Source: Squalus acanthias
Lineage: Eukaryota
Assembly: GCA_030390025.1 (NCBI GenBank)
Contig: CM059432.1
Location: 42,534,001-42,598,000 of the forward strand
Length of the DNA: 64,000 nt
Direction of reading: 5' to 3'
Made by a program: the position numbers and the translations under genes. Below, piece by piece: positions 49,452-63,200 of this stretch (positions are counted from its first letter, which is position 1; every line of letters begins with the position of its first letter). Below the pieces are notes generated by a model. It worked only from the letters and a program-made list of their open reading frames with translations. It made no database searches and was not told where the DNA came from.

Positions 49452-52400
49452 TTTAAAAAATCATTCATGGGATGTGGGCGTCGCTGGCAAGACCAGCATT
49501 TATTGTGCATCCCTAGTTGTCCTTGATAAGGTGATGGTGAGCCGCCTTCTAGAACCACTGCAGTCTGTGTGGTGAAGGTATTCCCACAGTGCTGTTAGGT
49601 AGGGAGTTCCAGGATTTTGACCCAGCGACGATGAAGGATCAGCGATATACTTCCAAGTTAGGATGATGTGTGGTTTGGAGGGAAACTTGGAGGTGGTGGT
49701 GTTCCCACGTGCCTGCTGCCCTTGTCCTTCTAGGTGGTAGATGTCGCGGGTTTGAGAGATGCTGTCGAAGAAGCCTTGGGAAGTTGCTGTAGTGCATCTT
49801 GCAGATGGTACACACTGCAGCCATGGCGCGATGGAGGGAGTGAATGGTTAAGGTGGAGGATGGGTGCTGATCAAGTGGACTGCTATGTCCTGGATGGTGT
49901 CGAGCTTCTTGAGTGTTGTTGGAGCTGCACTCATTCAGGCAAGTGGAGAGTATTCCATCACACTCCTGACTTGTGCTTTGTAGATGGTGGTAAGGCTTTA
50001 GGGAGTCAGGCAGTAAGAAACTTACCGCAGAATAGCCAGCCTCTGACCTGCTCTTGTTGCCACAGTATTTATGTGGCTGGTTCAGTTAAGCTTCTGGTCA
50101 ATGGTGACTCTAGGATGTTGATGGTGGGGGATCCGGCGATGGTAATGCCACTGAATGTCAAGGGGAGATTATTAGACTCTCACTTGTTGGAGATAGTCAT
50201 TGCCTGGCACTTGTGTGGCGCAAATGTTACCTGCCACTTATCAGCCCAAGCCTGAACGTCGTCCAGGTCTTGTTGCATGCGGGCATGGACTGCTTCATTA
50301 TCTGAGAGTTGTGAGTGGCACTGAACACTGTGCAGTCATCAGCGAACATCCCCATTTCTGACCTTATGTTGGAGGAAAGGTCATTGATGAAGCAGCTGAA
50401 AATGGTTGGGCCTAGGACACTGCCCTGAGAAACTCCTGCAGTGATGTCCTGGGGCTGTGATGATTGACCTTCAACCACCAGAACCATCTTCCTTTGTGCT
50501 AGGTATGACTCCAGCCAGTGGAGAGATTTTCCCCTGATCCCCATTGACTTCAGTTTTACTCGGGCTCCTTGGTGCCACACTCGGTCAAATACAGCTCTTT
50601 TGTCCATGTTTGGATCATGGCTGTAATGAGGTCTGGAGCCGTTTGGTCCAGGCGGAAACCAAACTGAGCATCGGGAAGCAGGTTATTGGTGAGTAAGTGC
50701 CGTCAACAACACCTTCCATCACTTTGCTGATGATTGAGAATAGGCTGATGGGGCGGTAATTGGCCGAATTAGATTTGTCCTACTTTTTGTGGACAAGACA
50801 TACCTGGGCAGTTTTCCACTTTGTCGGATAGATGCCAGTGTTGTAGCTGTACTGGAACAGCTGGCTAATTCTTGAGCACAAGTCTTCAGCATTGTTGGGA
50901 TGTTGTTGGGGCCCATAGCCTTTGCTTTATCCAGTCCGCTCAGCCGTTTCTTAATATCACATGGAGTAAATCGAATTCATTGAAGACTGGCATCTATGAT
51001 GGTGGGGACCTCAGGAGGAGGACGAGGTGGATTGTCCATTCAGCAATTCTGGCTGAAGGTGGCTGTAAACGCTTCAGCCTTGTCTTTTGTACTCATGTGC
51101 TGGGCTCTGTTATCTTTGAGGATGGGGATGTTCATGGAACCTCCTCTGTGTGTTAGTTCTTTAATTGTCCACCAGCATTCACAACTGGATGTGGCAGGAC
51201 TCCAGAGCTTTGATCTGTTGCGTTGGTTGTGGGATCGCTTAATACTGTGTATAGCATGCTGCTTCCGCTTTTTAGCATGTATGTAGTCTTGTGTTGTAGC
51301 TTCACCAGGTTGGCACATCATTTTCAGGTACGCCTTGTGCTGTTCCTGCCATGCTCTTCTACACTCCTCATTGAACCAGAGTTGGTCCCCTGGCTTGATG
51401 GTAATGGTAGAGTGAGGGTTATTCCGGGCCATGAGGTTACAAGTTGTGGTGGAATCCAATTCTGCTGTTGCTGATTGCCCTCAGCGTCTCACGGATGCCC
51501 AGTTTTGAGCTAGATCTGTTCTTAATCTATCGCATTGGTGGTCCACACAACACAATGGAGGGTCTTCCTCAGTGCGAAGGTGGGACTTCGTCTCCACAAG
51601 CACTGTGTGGGGGTCACACCTACCAATACTGTCATGGACAGATGCATCTGCGACAGGTAGATTGGTGAGGACGAGGTCAAGTAGGTTTTTCTCTTGTGGT
51701 TCTCTCACCACCTGCCGTAAGCCCAGTCTGGCAGCTGTGTCCTTCAGGATTCAGACAATTCGGTCAGTGGTGGTACTACCGAGCCACTCTTGGTGATGGA
51801 CATTAAAGTCCCCCACCCAGAGTACATTCTGTGCCCTTGTTACCCTCAATGCTTCTTCCAAGTGGTGTTCAGCTGAGGGAGGGTGGTAGGTGGTAATCAG
51901 CAGGAGGCTTTCTCGCCCATGTTTGACCTGATGTCATGAAACTTCATGGGGTCCGGAGTCAATGTTGAGGACTCCCAGGGCCACTCCCTCCTGACTGTAT
52001 ACCACTGTGCCTCTAGTGGGTCTGTCCTGCCGGTACGACTAGACAAACCCAGGGATGGTGATGGAGAAGTCATTGGCTGATAAGTCCGATTCTGTGTCTA
52101 TGACTATATCAGGCTGTTACTTGATTAGTTTGTGGAACAACTCTACCAACTTTGGCATAAGTCCCCAAATGTTAGTGAGGAGGACTTTGCAGGGTCGACT
52201 GGGCTGTGTGTGCCTTTGTCGTATCCGAATTTGATGCTTAGGTTGAAGCCGAGCGGTTCGGCCGATTTTCTTATATTTCTTTGTAGCGGTTTGATACAAC
52301 TGAGTGGCTTGCTAGGCCATTTCAGAGGACAGATAAGAATCAACCACATTGCTGTGGGTCTGGAGTCACACATTGGCCAGACTGCGTAAGGACAACAGGT

Positions 52401-52566
52401 TTCCTTCCCTAAAGGACATTAGTGAACCATTTGGGTTTTTACGACAATCCAGTAGTTTCATGGTCACCATTACTGATAATCGCTTTTTATTCCAGATTTA
52501 TTTAATTGTTTTGTTTTAACTGAATTCAAATTCACAAACTGCCATGGTGGGGTTTGAACTCACGTC
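49452..52566 (-). mobile_element. Degraded CR1-group LINE (APE + RT) with no recognisable ORF1
   Basis: GDFN, LDLVLTN, PWFN-like, AVFDRVWH, GVSQGSVLGP and FADD motifs in frameshifted pieces. Confidence 0.88.
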
Positions 52567-54834
52567 ACCGCAGTAGTATCCTTGTAGTATCAGCCGGTGA
52601 TTACTCTGAAGGAGTGTATTGTGGAGTTGGTGGGGGAGGGAACTTTCATAAAAGGGATCCAGATTGCTTTGTACTTTTCCAGTTTTAAATCGAGGCAATT
52701 CATCTCTTTTTATTTACTTTCATCATGTTGCAGAGCATCAATAAAATCACTTGATTTCTGATATTTAAAAGTCTTCTGTAACTGTTGAACAAAAACAAAC
52801 ATCTGCAAAATATGCAGTGCCTTGCCATCCCTATTAAAATGAAAATAAGTAAATGTCTCCAATTTCTTGGCAGTGTGTTTGCATGAGCAGTATACCTTAG
52901 GGATATTGTAGTCTGCAAGAGTCTCTTCCTGTAGTATCAAAACAGCCTTAACAGTAGAGGAGTCTGCGATTCACATTAATAATTTGAAGAAGCAAAGTGT
53001 GGTCCCTGTCAATAACAGCCTTTATTTAATAATAAAAATAATTATCATGTGACTGCACTTAAGTCATATGAATGTCTTTTAGACATTCACTGCTGAGATC
53101 AAGCCCATATTTATAATAGTCCATATGAATAAGTTCAGTTAAACATATTACTTGCTAATAGTTTAAAAGTCTTGCGAAGAATAAATTCATTAAGTGATTT
53201 GAAAACTGCAATATATTTCTTGACAGCACAATATCTCATGCTGAATTATAAGTGCCTTGGAATTAGATGACCATTTTAAATTTTATCAATTTATTCCAAT
53301 TGCTTGTTAATATGACCCTAGTGTTTGGGATGCAATTGAATGTAATTTGATTTTGTCTTTTGAATTTACTGACATTAATGCCTGCCTCATTAATCACGGC
53401 ATTCTCATTGAGCTTTCATAGCCTGCGCGAAGTTCATTTCTACCAAAATGAAGTCTGTCAAGAAAAACAATGTACACTTCACAAATGGAACATCTGGCTC
53501 CAGCTGGAAATCCCAGCCCTGGTTTGGAGTGCAAAGTGAAAACTGCTCATTACATTTATAATTGTCCCATAAGGTCAACTGTGTCACAACCGACATAAAG
53601 CAACAAAATCCCTCTAACATGATGCATGTGCTTGCAGGCATATAAATTCTTTATCTGCACTGGAATGTAGCATATGAGGATTTTCCAATATTAAATAACA
53701 TCTGGAAACTGGGCAGTGTGTACTTTTTAGAGGAAAGATTGAGGTTAGATTCAGATTACTGATATTTCATGTTATGCCTAGCAAAGGCAGCATTCTGCCG
53801 AGGGTTCAAGTGTTACTGCCAAGCAAAGAACTACAGTTGGCCAGCCTAATGGCCATGTGGTTATGGAGCGGCTCCATTTCTCACTCCGTTCCTGCCGATT
53901 CCCCATTTTAATGTTACTAGTTTTGGCGGCAGATGAGGCTTCCCTCAGATTCCAGCGGAGCTTCATTAGTAAATGCAAATTGTAGCCCCATGATGTACAT
54001 GGGACTCCAATGGTATTTTAACGTGTCTCTGAGCAGCATGCCCGCCATAGCTGCCTCAATCAAATAAAGCTGTCGGGGAACCAGCGAGGCCCACTATCAT
54101 AAGCTCAAAAACTATCCTTAGTGAGGCCAGCATGAGGAGATCTGCTCCTCTAGGCCCCACAAGGAAAGTCTAGGCCCCTGCTGCCCCATGCTCCCCTCTC
54201 ACTCCCCAGCCACAAGACCCGTGCTGTACCGTCCTCCCCCATCCCAGACTTACTTTGCTGCCGGCAGCCTCCTCCAGATGCTGCCGGTTGGCCTCCGAGC
54301 CACCGGATCTTTGTTCTCCCACTGGCCAGCTGCCACTTTCTGCCCGAAAGTGATGAGCAGCTGACCGGCGGCATTCAAATCAGCCCTTAACTCTCTGTGC
54401 CATCAAAAAAGATACATTCTGTGATCTGAACTTGTAACAGCACTGGCAGAGTGCGCAAAATCTGAAGATATAAAAAGAAAATCACAATGCCAGAAATTTG
54501 AAATTAAATACATGGCTAGCTGATCGGTGTCAGAAAGAAAATGTTCACATGTAAAACATTGACTGACCTTTTGCTTTCAGATCCTGATCGATTTGCTGTG
54601 CAATTCCAGCATTTTCTGATTTTATGATGTAGAAGATTGCCCCTCTGCCTCCTCCAGCTAAAATAATTTCATCCTAGACTTCTATCGATGCTGTTCGGGA
54701 ACTGGTTGCTGGGGGGATTGTGCAAGGGTGGATTGGAATTGACTCAGTCTCCAAAATTTTTCTCCCTCCTTCTGGGAAAGCCATTTCCACTCCACTTTCT
54801 ACCTCCCCTCAAATAGCATAGCTAAGATTTTAGA

Positions 54835-56392
54835 TTCTCTATATGGCAAATTGCATGAGGTAAGGGAAACTTACTGGTGCTGTTTTTCACACGAAGGGTA
54901 GTAGAAATCTAGGATTCTCTCCCCCAAAGGCTGTGGATGCTGGGCAATTGGAGCTTTCAAGACTGAGAGCAATAGATTTTTGTTAGGTAAGGGTATCCAG
55001 GGATAATGTGGGTAAATTAAATTTAGGTACAGCTGTAAGATTCTCAAAATTCACAGATCCCCCAAAACGCGAAGACATACCCTAAGGAAAAAGACTTTGG
55101 ACTCTTTTTCTAACTATTACAGGTGATGAAATGCATTGGGCTTAACCGAAGGACATTTTAGTGCAAAAACCGAGATTTGGTATTTTAAAAGACATGTCTG
55201 GACTTGTAAGGGAGAAAAGGCTGTAAAGGAAGGTGGGTTCAACCTCTGTAAAGACAGTTTGGATATTGGAGTTAATGGGAACTGTCTGGGGAACTGCATG
55301 ACCTCGCTTGGAGTTAAATCAGCCCCTAGCAGACATTAACATCCTAACAATACCTGAGGAAAAACAGTCTCCACCCAAATTTACAGAGCCCATTAAAGAC
55401 ATGCATAAAACAGATTACTTCGGCCTACTCTATAGAAATCCTAGGCCCAGTCAAGAAACCCAAAACATGAGGACAATTCAACTACAATTAAACAAGCAGA
55501 TCAACAGGATGGAGCTATCCCGAAACCACTTCACACATTTACAAACCAGTTACTGTTAACGAGCCCTCCAAAATCTTACAATGACCGGGATCTGATTTGG
55601 CATGCAAATAAGGAAGCTTCAATGGGTATAATTAAAGGCCCGTTCTCAACAGTTCAAGTTCAAGTTCTACAGTACAGTTACACAGTTCAACAGTTACAGT
55701 TCATCAGCAAGCAGTCCGGCAGAAGGCAGTTCCACAGCTCTGAAGAAGACAGTTCAACAAGGCGAGGGGGCAACAGAAAGAAGTTCAACAAAGAAGGCCA
55801 GCAGCTCCAGAAGTAGGCCGACACGCAAGGAGAGACCAGAGCGACCGCCTCAGTGACCATCGGACACCTCGCGGCAACAAGGGCCTTACGAAACTTTTTA
55901 CTTAAAAAGACTCTAAACCCTACCTCTAACCAAGGAAAAGTGGGTACTCACCCGATCCAATCCAGCGAACCCCGAAACCGCGAACCAGCTCAACTGTCAA
56001 GGATTCGTTTGGTGAGCATTATCCCTGGTTCTCTAGAGCCCAACTTAGCTAGTGAAGTGGGATTGGGAGGGGTGAGGTATTCTTCTAATGTTATTTCCCT
56101 CGCTTGTACCGAAGTGTTCCCCACTTTTAGAGTGTTAAGAGTGTTTGTGTTGTGTTTTACTTTCTTGAATAAAGATCAAAGTTCTTGCATCAAAACCAGC
56201 TGTCTGCTGCACTTTTTGTCACAACCCCCAAATAAGTCCAAGGTCTAGAACCAAGGGAGTGGGAGCGATTCGAACCGCTCAGAAGTCAGAGGTGAAGCTG
56301 ACACAAACCACCACCCCCTACACAGTGCAGCTATGATCTAATTGATGGCGGAGCAGGCTTGAGGGTCTGAATGGTCTACTCCTGTTCCTATG
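54835..56392 (+). mobile_element. Old CR1 3' end, split by a solo LTR
   Basis: TTTTCACACGAAGGGTAGTAG…GGCTGTGGATGCTG, resuming at 56327 with GATCTAATTGATGGCGGAGCAGGCTTGAGGG. Confidence 0.7.
55034..56322 (+). mobile_element. Solo LTR (~1.29 kb)
   Basis: TGTA…TACA termini, flanks CAGC/CAGT, TATA-like at ~55626 and AATAAA at ~56168. It precisely interrupts a CR1. Confidence 0.7.
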
Positions 56393-57746
56393 GTAATGTT
56401 ATCACTCCACAGGGCTGTGCATTATTATACTGATATATTGTTCCATTGGGGTATTTTACACTGTCCCATTAATGTTAAAAATACTTCTTTCTGGTGTGGT
56501 TGTCTGTTGTTCCTTGTTTGTAGATTTGGTTTCCTGCAAAAGACCTGCTGAAAGTAAAAAAATCTGTTGTACTTTATCATCACTCCAAAAGTGAATCAGT
56601 GGAACTCTAGGATAGGGCATGTTTCTATTAGTGATGCATCAACCCATCACAAGTAATTTACAGTTTGTTTATATGTTAAAAGCTGACTAAAACGCTCTAC
56701 ATCTATTTTCCAGCAAGCCAGTAGCATATTACTTCAATGCATTATAACCAGATTACATCTATTAGTTACCGCTGTGCACCATGTATGCTGTGCATTAAAA
56801 ATAAATCTGCAGAAAATCTATGTGAAAATTGAAAATCATTTTAAACTTCAATAAGCTTAAATCAGAAGCAACTTACCCTTTATAATCCACATATTGCCCC
56901 AAGGCACCAGTCTAATAGGACCTGATTACATAAACTGAATACTATAGACTACTGTACATTTATTCATCATTTCTAAATTGTGTAATTGCATTTTATTTTA
57001 TTTCAATCCATATATGCACTATACATTTCGGATTATTTCTGATAAAAGCAATTTAGAAGAAAAAGTCTTTCAAATTTTGAGAAAAAACTTCCAAAATTGA
57101 TGCAATCCACTAATATTTCAACTTGCTTATTTCAAAAATGGACTCTTGTTAAACAGTGGTCTCCTGGCTATACACTTTGTCAAAACCCCTGTTTCAAGTA
57201 ACTGCATTTCCACCTGAAGTCCTTGAAAAACAAAATGAATACTGTAGTTTCATAAAACTCTCTTACAATAACTCTGAATAATTCATTGATGAAAGGTTTC
57301 ATGTTCTTCCTTCTTTGCTTGTCTAAAGTTCTGACTAACAGGTAAAATGGTTCATGCACTATGTGCGTTTACAAGTTCACTAAACCTGTGTGATAAATAT
57401 GGACACATTTCCTATCCTGTTCTTTAACAAATATTTACTTTCTTTTCTATTTGAAACAGAAGATTCATATACAGTGCCATGCAAACTGGGATTAAAAATA
57501 CAGTATGCACAAATACAGGGCATCTTACCAACACAACACATACAGTCACTGAATAGAGCACAATGCCCATTTTCATGGAATTCACTACTCCTTTTACACA
57601 TATTGATTAGGGAATTCTTATAGATCAACAGTTAATCAATTTATCTTATAATTGCTAGTCTCTATGCCTGTACAGGGCTGCATTCCGCCCACCCCGTCCC
57701 ACACATACACATGTACACACAAATACTGTTTGTTTGTGGAATTAAA

Positions 57747-57847
57747 GAAAGACTTGCATTTATATAGCGCCTTTCATAACCTCATGACGTCCCAAAGCGC
57801 TTTACGGGCAATGAAGTACTTTTGAAGTGCAGTCACTCTTGTAATGT
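57747..57847 (-). mobile_element. DeuSINE/L2-type 3' tail fragment
   Basis: Matches 35795-35895. Confidence 0.7.
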
Positions 57848-57991
57848 GATTGAATTAAACTCTTTATTTTAGTTATTATTTTTGGTGAATTATTGTGCCT
57901 ATCAAGATGCGGGATGCCAGCAATGAGGAATGGAACACTTTTCCAGTTGTTGGCACCCAGTGCTGGAATCAAATGCTGCTCGGCATAAATA

Positions 57992-58045
57992 GGGAATGGC
58001 CAGATGCAAAACCATGGGAATGACCAGATGCAAAACCATGGGAAT
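57992..58045. repeat. 24-bp tandem duplication
   Basis: GGGAATG(G/A)CCAGATGCAAAACCAT repeated 2.2 times. Confidence 0.9.
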
Positions 58046-58682
58046 TAAATCCTTACTGTTGATAATTTTAGCAAAAAGAAACAGTATGAGTACGAAACAA
58101 CAAATTGATTTTGTCACAACGGCTATATTTTGGTAGAATTATTGATAGGAGGAACTTAAGCCCCAATGTATCAATTTCAGGGCAATGCCCCTACTGCACC
58201 AGTCTGACATTTCCATTTATTACAACAGCCATCTCTATGAGATTAGCGACAGTTACTGTTGATTTATATTCATTCCTACTTTAAAATTATATACATGTCC
58301 TTACAGCCAGCATAGACAGGCAATTTTTATCCTTTCAGGTTGCTCTGCATTTGAAAGACGAAGAGGAAGGTCTATCTTGCGGTTCTGTTGCAGCTAGAAA
58401 GCGCACGGCTTGCACTTTCATTCCAAGGAGTAGACCCTGCTGTCGGCCCATTATAATAATAGTTATGTGTTCCCTGCATGAATTAGGTACCGTGCAGAGA
58501 ATGTGTTTACTGCAGGGTGGGTTATCCAGTGGAGCAGCAAATCTAAAGAGCTGCAGCTCTGCCTTAAAGGAGAACTAACTATTTTTTTAACTGATTGAAA
58601 ATCTTGGTACCAAATAACATCACTTCAAAGTTAGAGATGGCTGAAGGAAGTGGCAATGGCCAAGGCAGAAGGAAGAGTCATA

Positions 58683-59575
58683 GGGGGAGAAATTCAGTAT
58701 CGCCCCATTTGGGGCGCAATTATCGGCCGGGCGCAAAGATTAGCGCCTGGCGCTAATTATCGCCACCGACTGCAAACTTGACTTTTATCGCCCCTGGAGG
58801 TGATTGCAGCGCTATATCAGGCGCTTCACACCTGTCTTAAGGCGCAAAGGCCGAGGAGCGAGGCGCTACCTCAGAGCGCTGGCGAAGCTCATATGATGTC
58901 AGTCAGCAATGGAACACACACACAATGGCACGGGCCAGTTCTTAAAGGGGATGGTTAATCTTGCTTTCCATCCACATCCTGCTCATTGCAGCCTTGAATC
59001 TCGGCCTGGAGAGACCTGCACATCAAATGTGCTGGAAAGAACAATGGAGAGTACCAGGCCAAGAGCTCAGAATGCAGCCCCCACAGTCTCTGCTAAATCG
59101 ATACAAGGAATGGCAAATCAAAATGAACCTGCAAAGTGCTGCTCAGTACCCAAAACTCCTTCACACAACGTTGAATCTCTCCAGAAGTCTCTCCCTCTCT
59201 CTCTCAGAATGCGTAGTTCAAAAATGGCACCAACAATAAAAGGCAGGAAGCGGTCACCTTTAAATAGCGCTCCCCCTTTCCCTTCATGACTGCAGAACGC
59301 TCCCCTCAACCTGTCGTTGCTAGCGTCAGGTGGTAAGGCAGGGGGCGCCACTCAATATCCGCTCCGGGGCGATACTGGGGCGTTGCGCACTCGAGTGACG
59401 TCATGATCTGCCGGCGCAGGAGATCGTGGCGGTAGTGTTTAGCGCCGCTGCAAAATGTCTAGTTAATTTCGCGAGCGGCGCAAACTTCGCCGCGCCTGGG
59501 CGCTAGATGCTTTGCGCCCCATTAGTGCCCTCTTAAGGCGCTAACGGGAGGCGCAACCAACTGAATTTTTCCCCC
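58683..59575. mobile_element. MITE (Harbinger-like), GCGC-rich
   Basis: TIRs GGGGGAGAAATTCAG / CTGAATTTTTCCCCC, TSD ATA, inserted in a CR1 tail repeat (AGAGTCAT). Confidence 0.85.
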
Positions 59576-60025
59576 ATAGAGTCATAACGGCACAGAAGGA
59601 GGCCATCCGGCCCATCGAGTCCATGCCAGCTCTCTGTAGAGCAATCCAGTCAGTCCCATTCCCCCGCTCTATCCCCGTAGCCCTGGAAGTTTATTTCCCT
59701 CAAGTGCCGATCCAGTCTCCCCCTTGAAAACATTGAGTGTCTCCGCTTCCACCACTTCCGTCGCAACGAATTCCAGGTCATCACCACTCGCTGCGTAAAA
59801 AAGTTTTTCCTCATGTCCCCCCTGTATCTCTTGCCCAAAACCTTAAATCTGTGTCCCCTAGTCCTTGTACCATCATCTAGTGGGAACAGCCTTTCCCCGT
59901 CTAGCCTATCCAAACCCGTCATAATCTTGGACACCTCTATCAAATCATCCCTCAACCTCCTTTGCTCTAATGGAAACAAATCCAGCTTCTCCAACCTGTC
60001 CTTGTAGTTAAGATCCCCCATCCCC
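59576..60025 (-). mobile_element. CR1 3' fragment
   Basis: ORF 59650-60078 contains C-terminal CR1 motifs. Confidence 0.9.
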
Positions 60026-60117
60026 AGACTGCTCCCTTTAGTCAGAGTAATCTGGAGGTGATGCTGAAGGAGATGCAAAAAAGAGGGTTACCATGTCTGG
60101 ATTTCATGGGCACCCTC

Positions 60118-60286
60118 CTAGAATCATAGAATCATTACAGTTCAGTAGGAGGCCATTCAGCCCGTTGAGCCCGTGCCGGCTCTCTGCAAGAGCACTTCAG
60201 CTAGTCACAATCTCCTGCCCTTTCCCCGTAGCCCTGCAATTTTTTTTTCCTTCAGGTCCTTATCTAATTCCCTTTTGAAAGCCATG
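60118..60286 (-). mobile_element. Short CR1 3' tail
   Basis: (TAGAATCA)n tail and the CR1 3' UTR. Confidence 0.7.
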
Positions 60287-63200
60287 GCGGTCTGCACAGA
60301 GCAGGATTAAACGGAGTGGACTTGAACAGAGTGCTTTATTTGAGAATTTGGAAAGAGTGGGAATTTGGAGAAGAGGGGGGAGGAGTTGTTGCTTTTTGCC
60401 TACACTACTTGTAGTGCTTTGTGTTACAGGTAGATATTTAACTTCAGTACCCTTAACTTAAGCTAGATCAAGTAAGTAGTCAAGAAACTACACTGTAAAC
60501 TAAGCTAACTAAATACAAATTTAATTAAATAAAACAAGGCCATATAGGGATGGCAGTGCAGGTGGTGTGCCGCAACTGCAGCATGTGGGAGTTTGTGGAG
60601 AGCATTGTGATCCCGGACAACCACGTTTGCAGTAAGTGCCTGCATCTTGAGGAACTTCAGCTTCGAGTTTTTGAGCTGGAGTCTGAGGTGCAGACATTGC
60701 GGGGCATCAGGTATGGGGAGTGTTACCTGAACACTTTGATCCAGGAGGCAGTCACACCCCTTACGTTAGGTAGTGGTACAGGTCTGGTTAGTGCTCAGGA
60801 CAGGAGGGTGTGACTGCAATTCAGGTAGGCAAGGGGACCCCAGGTGCAGTGCTGGAGGAGCCTCAGCCTTTACCCTTGTCCAACAGGTATGAAGTTCTTA
60901 CTGCCTGTGTGGATGAGGGAAAAGCCTGCAGAATGGATGAACAAGCTGACCATGGCACCATGGTGCAGGAGGCCATTCAAGTGGGGGGAGTGAAAGGGAA
61001 TGTAGTTGTGGTAGGGGACAGTATAGTCAGGGGGATAGATACTGTTCCCTGCAGCCATGACCGAGAATTCCGAAGGTTGTGTTGCCTGCCCAGTGCCAGG
61101 GTTAAAGACATCTCCTCGCGGTTGGAGAAGAACTTAAAGTGGGAGGGGGAGGATTCAGTTGTCATGGTCCATGTAGGAACCAACGACACAGGTAGAACTA
61201 TGAATGAGGTTCTACTGAGGGGGTTTGAGGAGCTAGGATCCAAATTAAAAAGCAGAACCTCAAAGGTAATAATCTCTGGATTGTTACCTGAGCCACGTGC
61301 AAATTGGCATAGGGCCAAACAGATTAGAGGTTTAAATGCGTGGCTCAAAGAGTGTTGTGGGAGGAAGGGGTTTCAGTTCATGGGGCACTGGCACCAGAAC
61401 TGGGGAAAAAGGGAGCTATTTTGTTGGGACGGGCTCCACTTAAACTGGGCTGGGACCAGTGTCCTGGCGAACCGAATAACTAGGGCAGACAGGGCCTTAA
61501 ACTAATGAAGGGGGTGGTGGGAGGATTCAGGAAAGAGTAAATTTAAAAGCAGTGAGAGAACTGTCAAGGCTCTAGAGCATAGTAGAGTTTTGGGTAAAAA
61601 TAAGCAGAGTGGGTCGGGAAGGGACAGAGAAAGTAACAAAGGTAATAAGGCATCAGTGACTAAGGTGACATCAGGGAAAAATAGAAATAAGTCAAAGTTA
61701 AAGGCACTATATCTGAATGTGCGAAGCATTCGCAACCAAATAGATGAATTAATAACGCAGATAGAAATTAATAGGTTTGATCAAATAGCCATAACGGAGA
61801 CGTGGTTGCAATGTGGCCAAGGTTGGGATCTAAATATTCCAGGATACTTAAATTTTAGAAGAGATAGGCAAAATGGAAAAGGAGGAGGGGTAGCCCTGAT
61901 AATAAAGGATGGGATAAAGACAGTAGAGAGAAAGGATCTTAGTTCCGAAAATCAAGAAGTAGAATCAGTTTGGGTGGAGCTAAGAAAACATTGGTGGGAG
62001 TTGTCTATAGGCCCTCAAACAGTAGTTGTAATGTAGGGCAAAATATTAATCAGGAAATTAGAGGCGCTGGTAACAAGGGTAATATAGTGATCATGGGGGA
62101 CTTTAATCTACATATAGACTGGGCAAACCAAATTTGCAGTAATAGTGTGGAGGACGTCACCTTAGACACTGATGCCTTATTACCTTTGTTACTCTCTCTG
62201 TCTCTTCCTGACCCACTCTGCTTATTTTTACCCAAAACTCTACTCTGCTCCAGAGCCTTGACATTTCTCCCGCTGCTTTTAAATTTACTCTTTCTTGAAT
62301 CCTTCCACCCCCTTCATTAGTTTAAAGCCCTGTCTACTGCCCTAGTTATTCGGATTGCCAGGACACTGGAATGTATGCAAGATAATTTTCTAGATCAGTA
62401 TGTTGAGGAACCAACTAGGGAACAGGCTATTTTAGATCTAGTATTGTGCAATGAGAAAGGGTTAATTAATAACCTTGTAGTAAAGGGGCCTTTAGGGAGG
62501 AGTGACCATAATATGATAGAATTTTATATTCAGTTTGAAAGTGATTTAGTTAAATCTGAAACTAGGGTCTTAAATCTAAACAAAGCAAACTACGTAGGTA
62601 TGAGGGGAGAGTTGGCTATGGTAGATTGGGAAACTAAATTAAAAGGTATGATGGTAGACAAGCAATGGCTAGCATTTAAAGAATTAATACATAATTTAAA
62701 ACAAATATACATTCCTTTAAGGCACAAAAACCCCACAGGAAAGTAAATGTGGGTCCCTTACAGGCTGAGACAGGAGATGTTATAATGGGGAATAAGGAAA
62801 TGGCTGAGAAATTAAACAAATACTTTGGCCGCGATTTTTCCTATCAAGGCGACTTGGAGGCGGGACAGCTGCCTTCCAGGTTCCAGTCCCGCGCCCAATG
62901 ACACCAGACGCACAGATGTGATTTGGCGTCAATTGGCCTTGTAAAGCCTGTCCTGCGGGCTTGCCGGCCAATTAGGAGAAAGCCGGTGTCAGATGACATC
63001 AGTTGATGACGCGTCATCTGCCGGTTTTCTTAAAGAGGCCACGCACAATTTTTTTGACAGCTGATTTTTCAGTGTTTGACAGCATTGAGGTGCTGCAAAC
63101 ACTGACAATCACTGTACAAAGGTGAGCCCTTGCGCCCAGGCTCTCCAGTGACCCCCTCCTTAGGCTAGAACAGATGGCAGCTGCAGGTGAGGTTACAGAA

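Noticed and set aside
52895..52930. TLADYNIPK resembling ubiquitin TLSDYNIQK
   Set aside because: The flanking residues show no ubiquitin similarity; likely chance.
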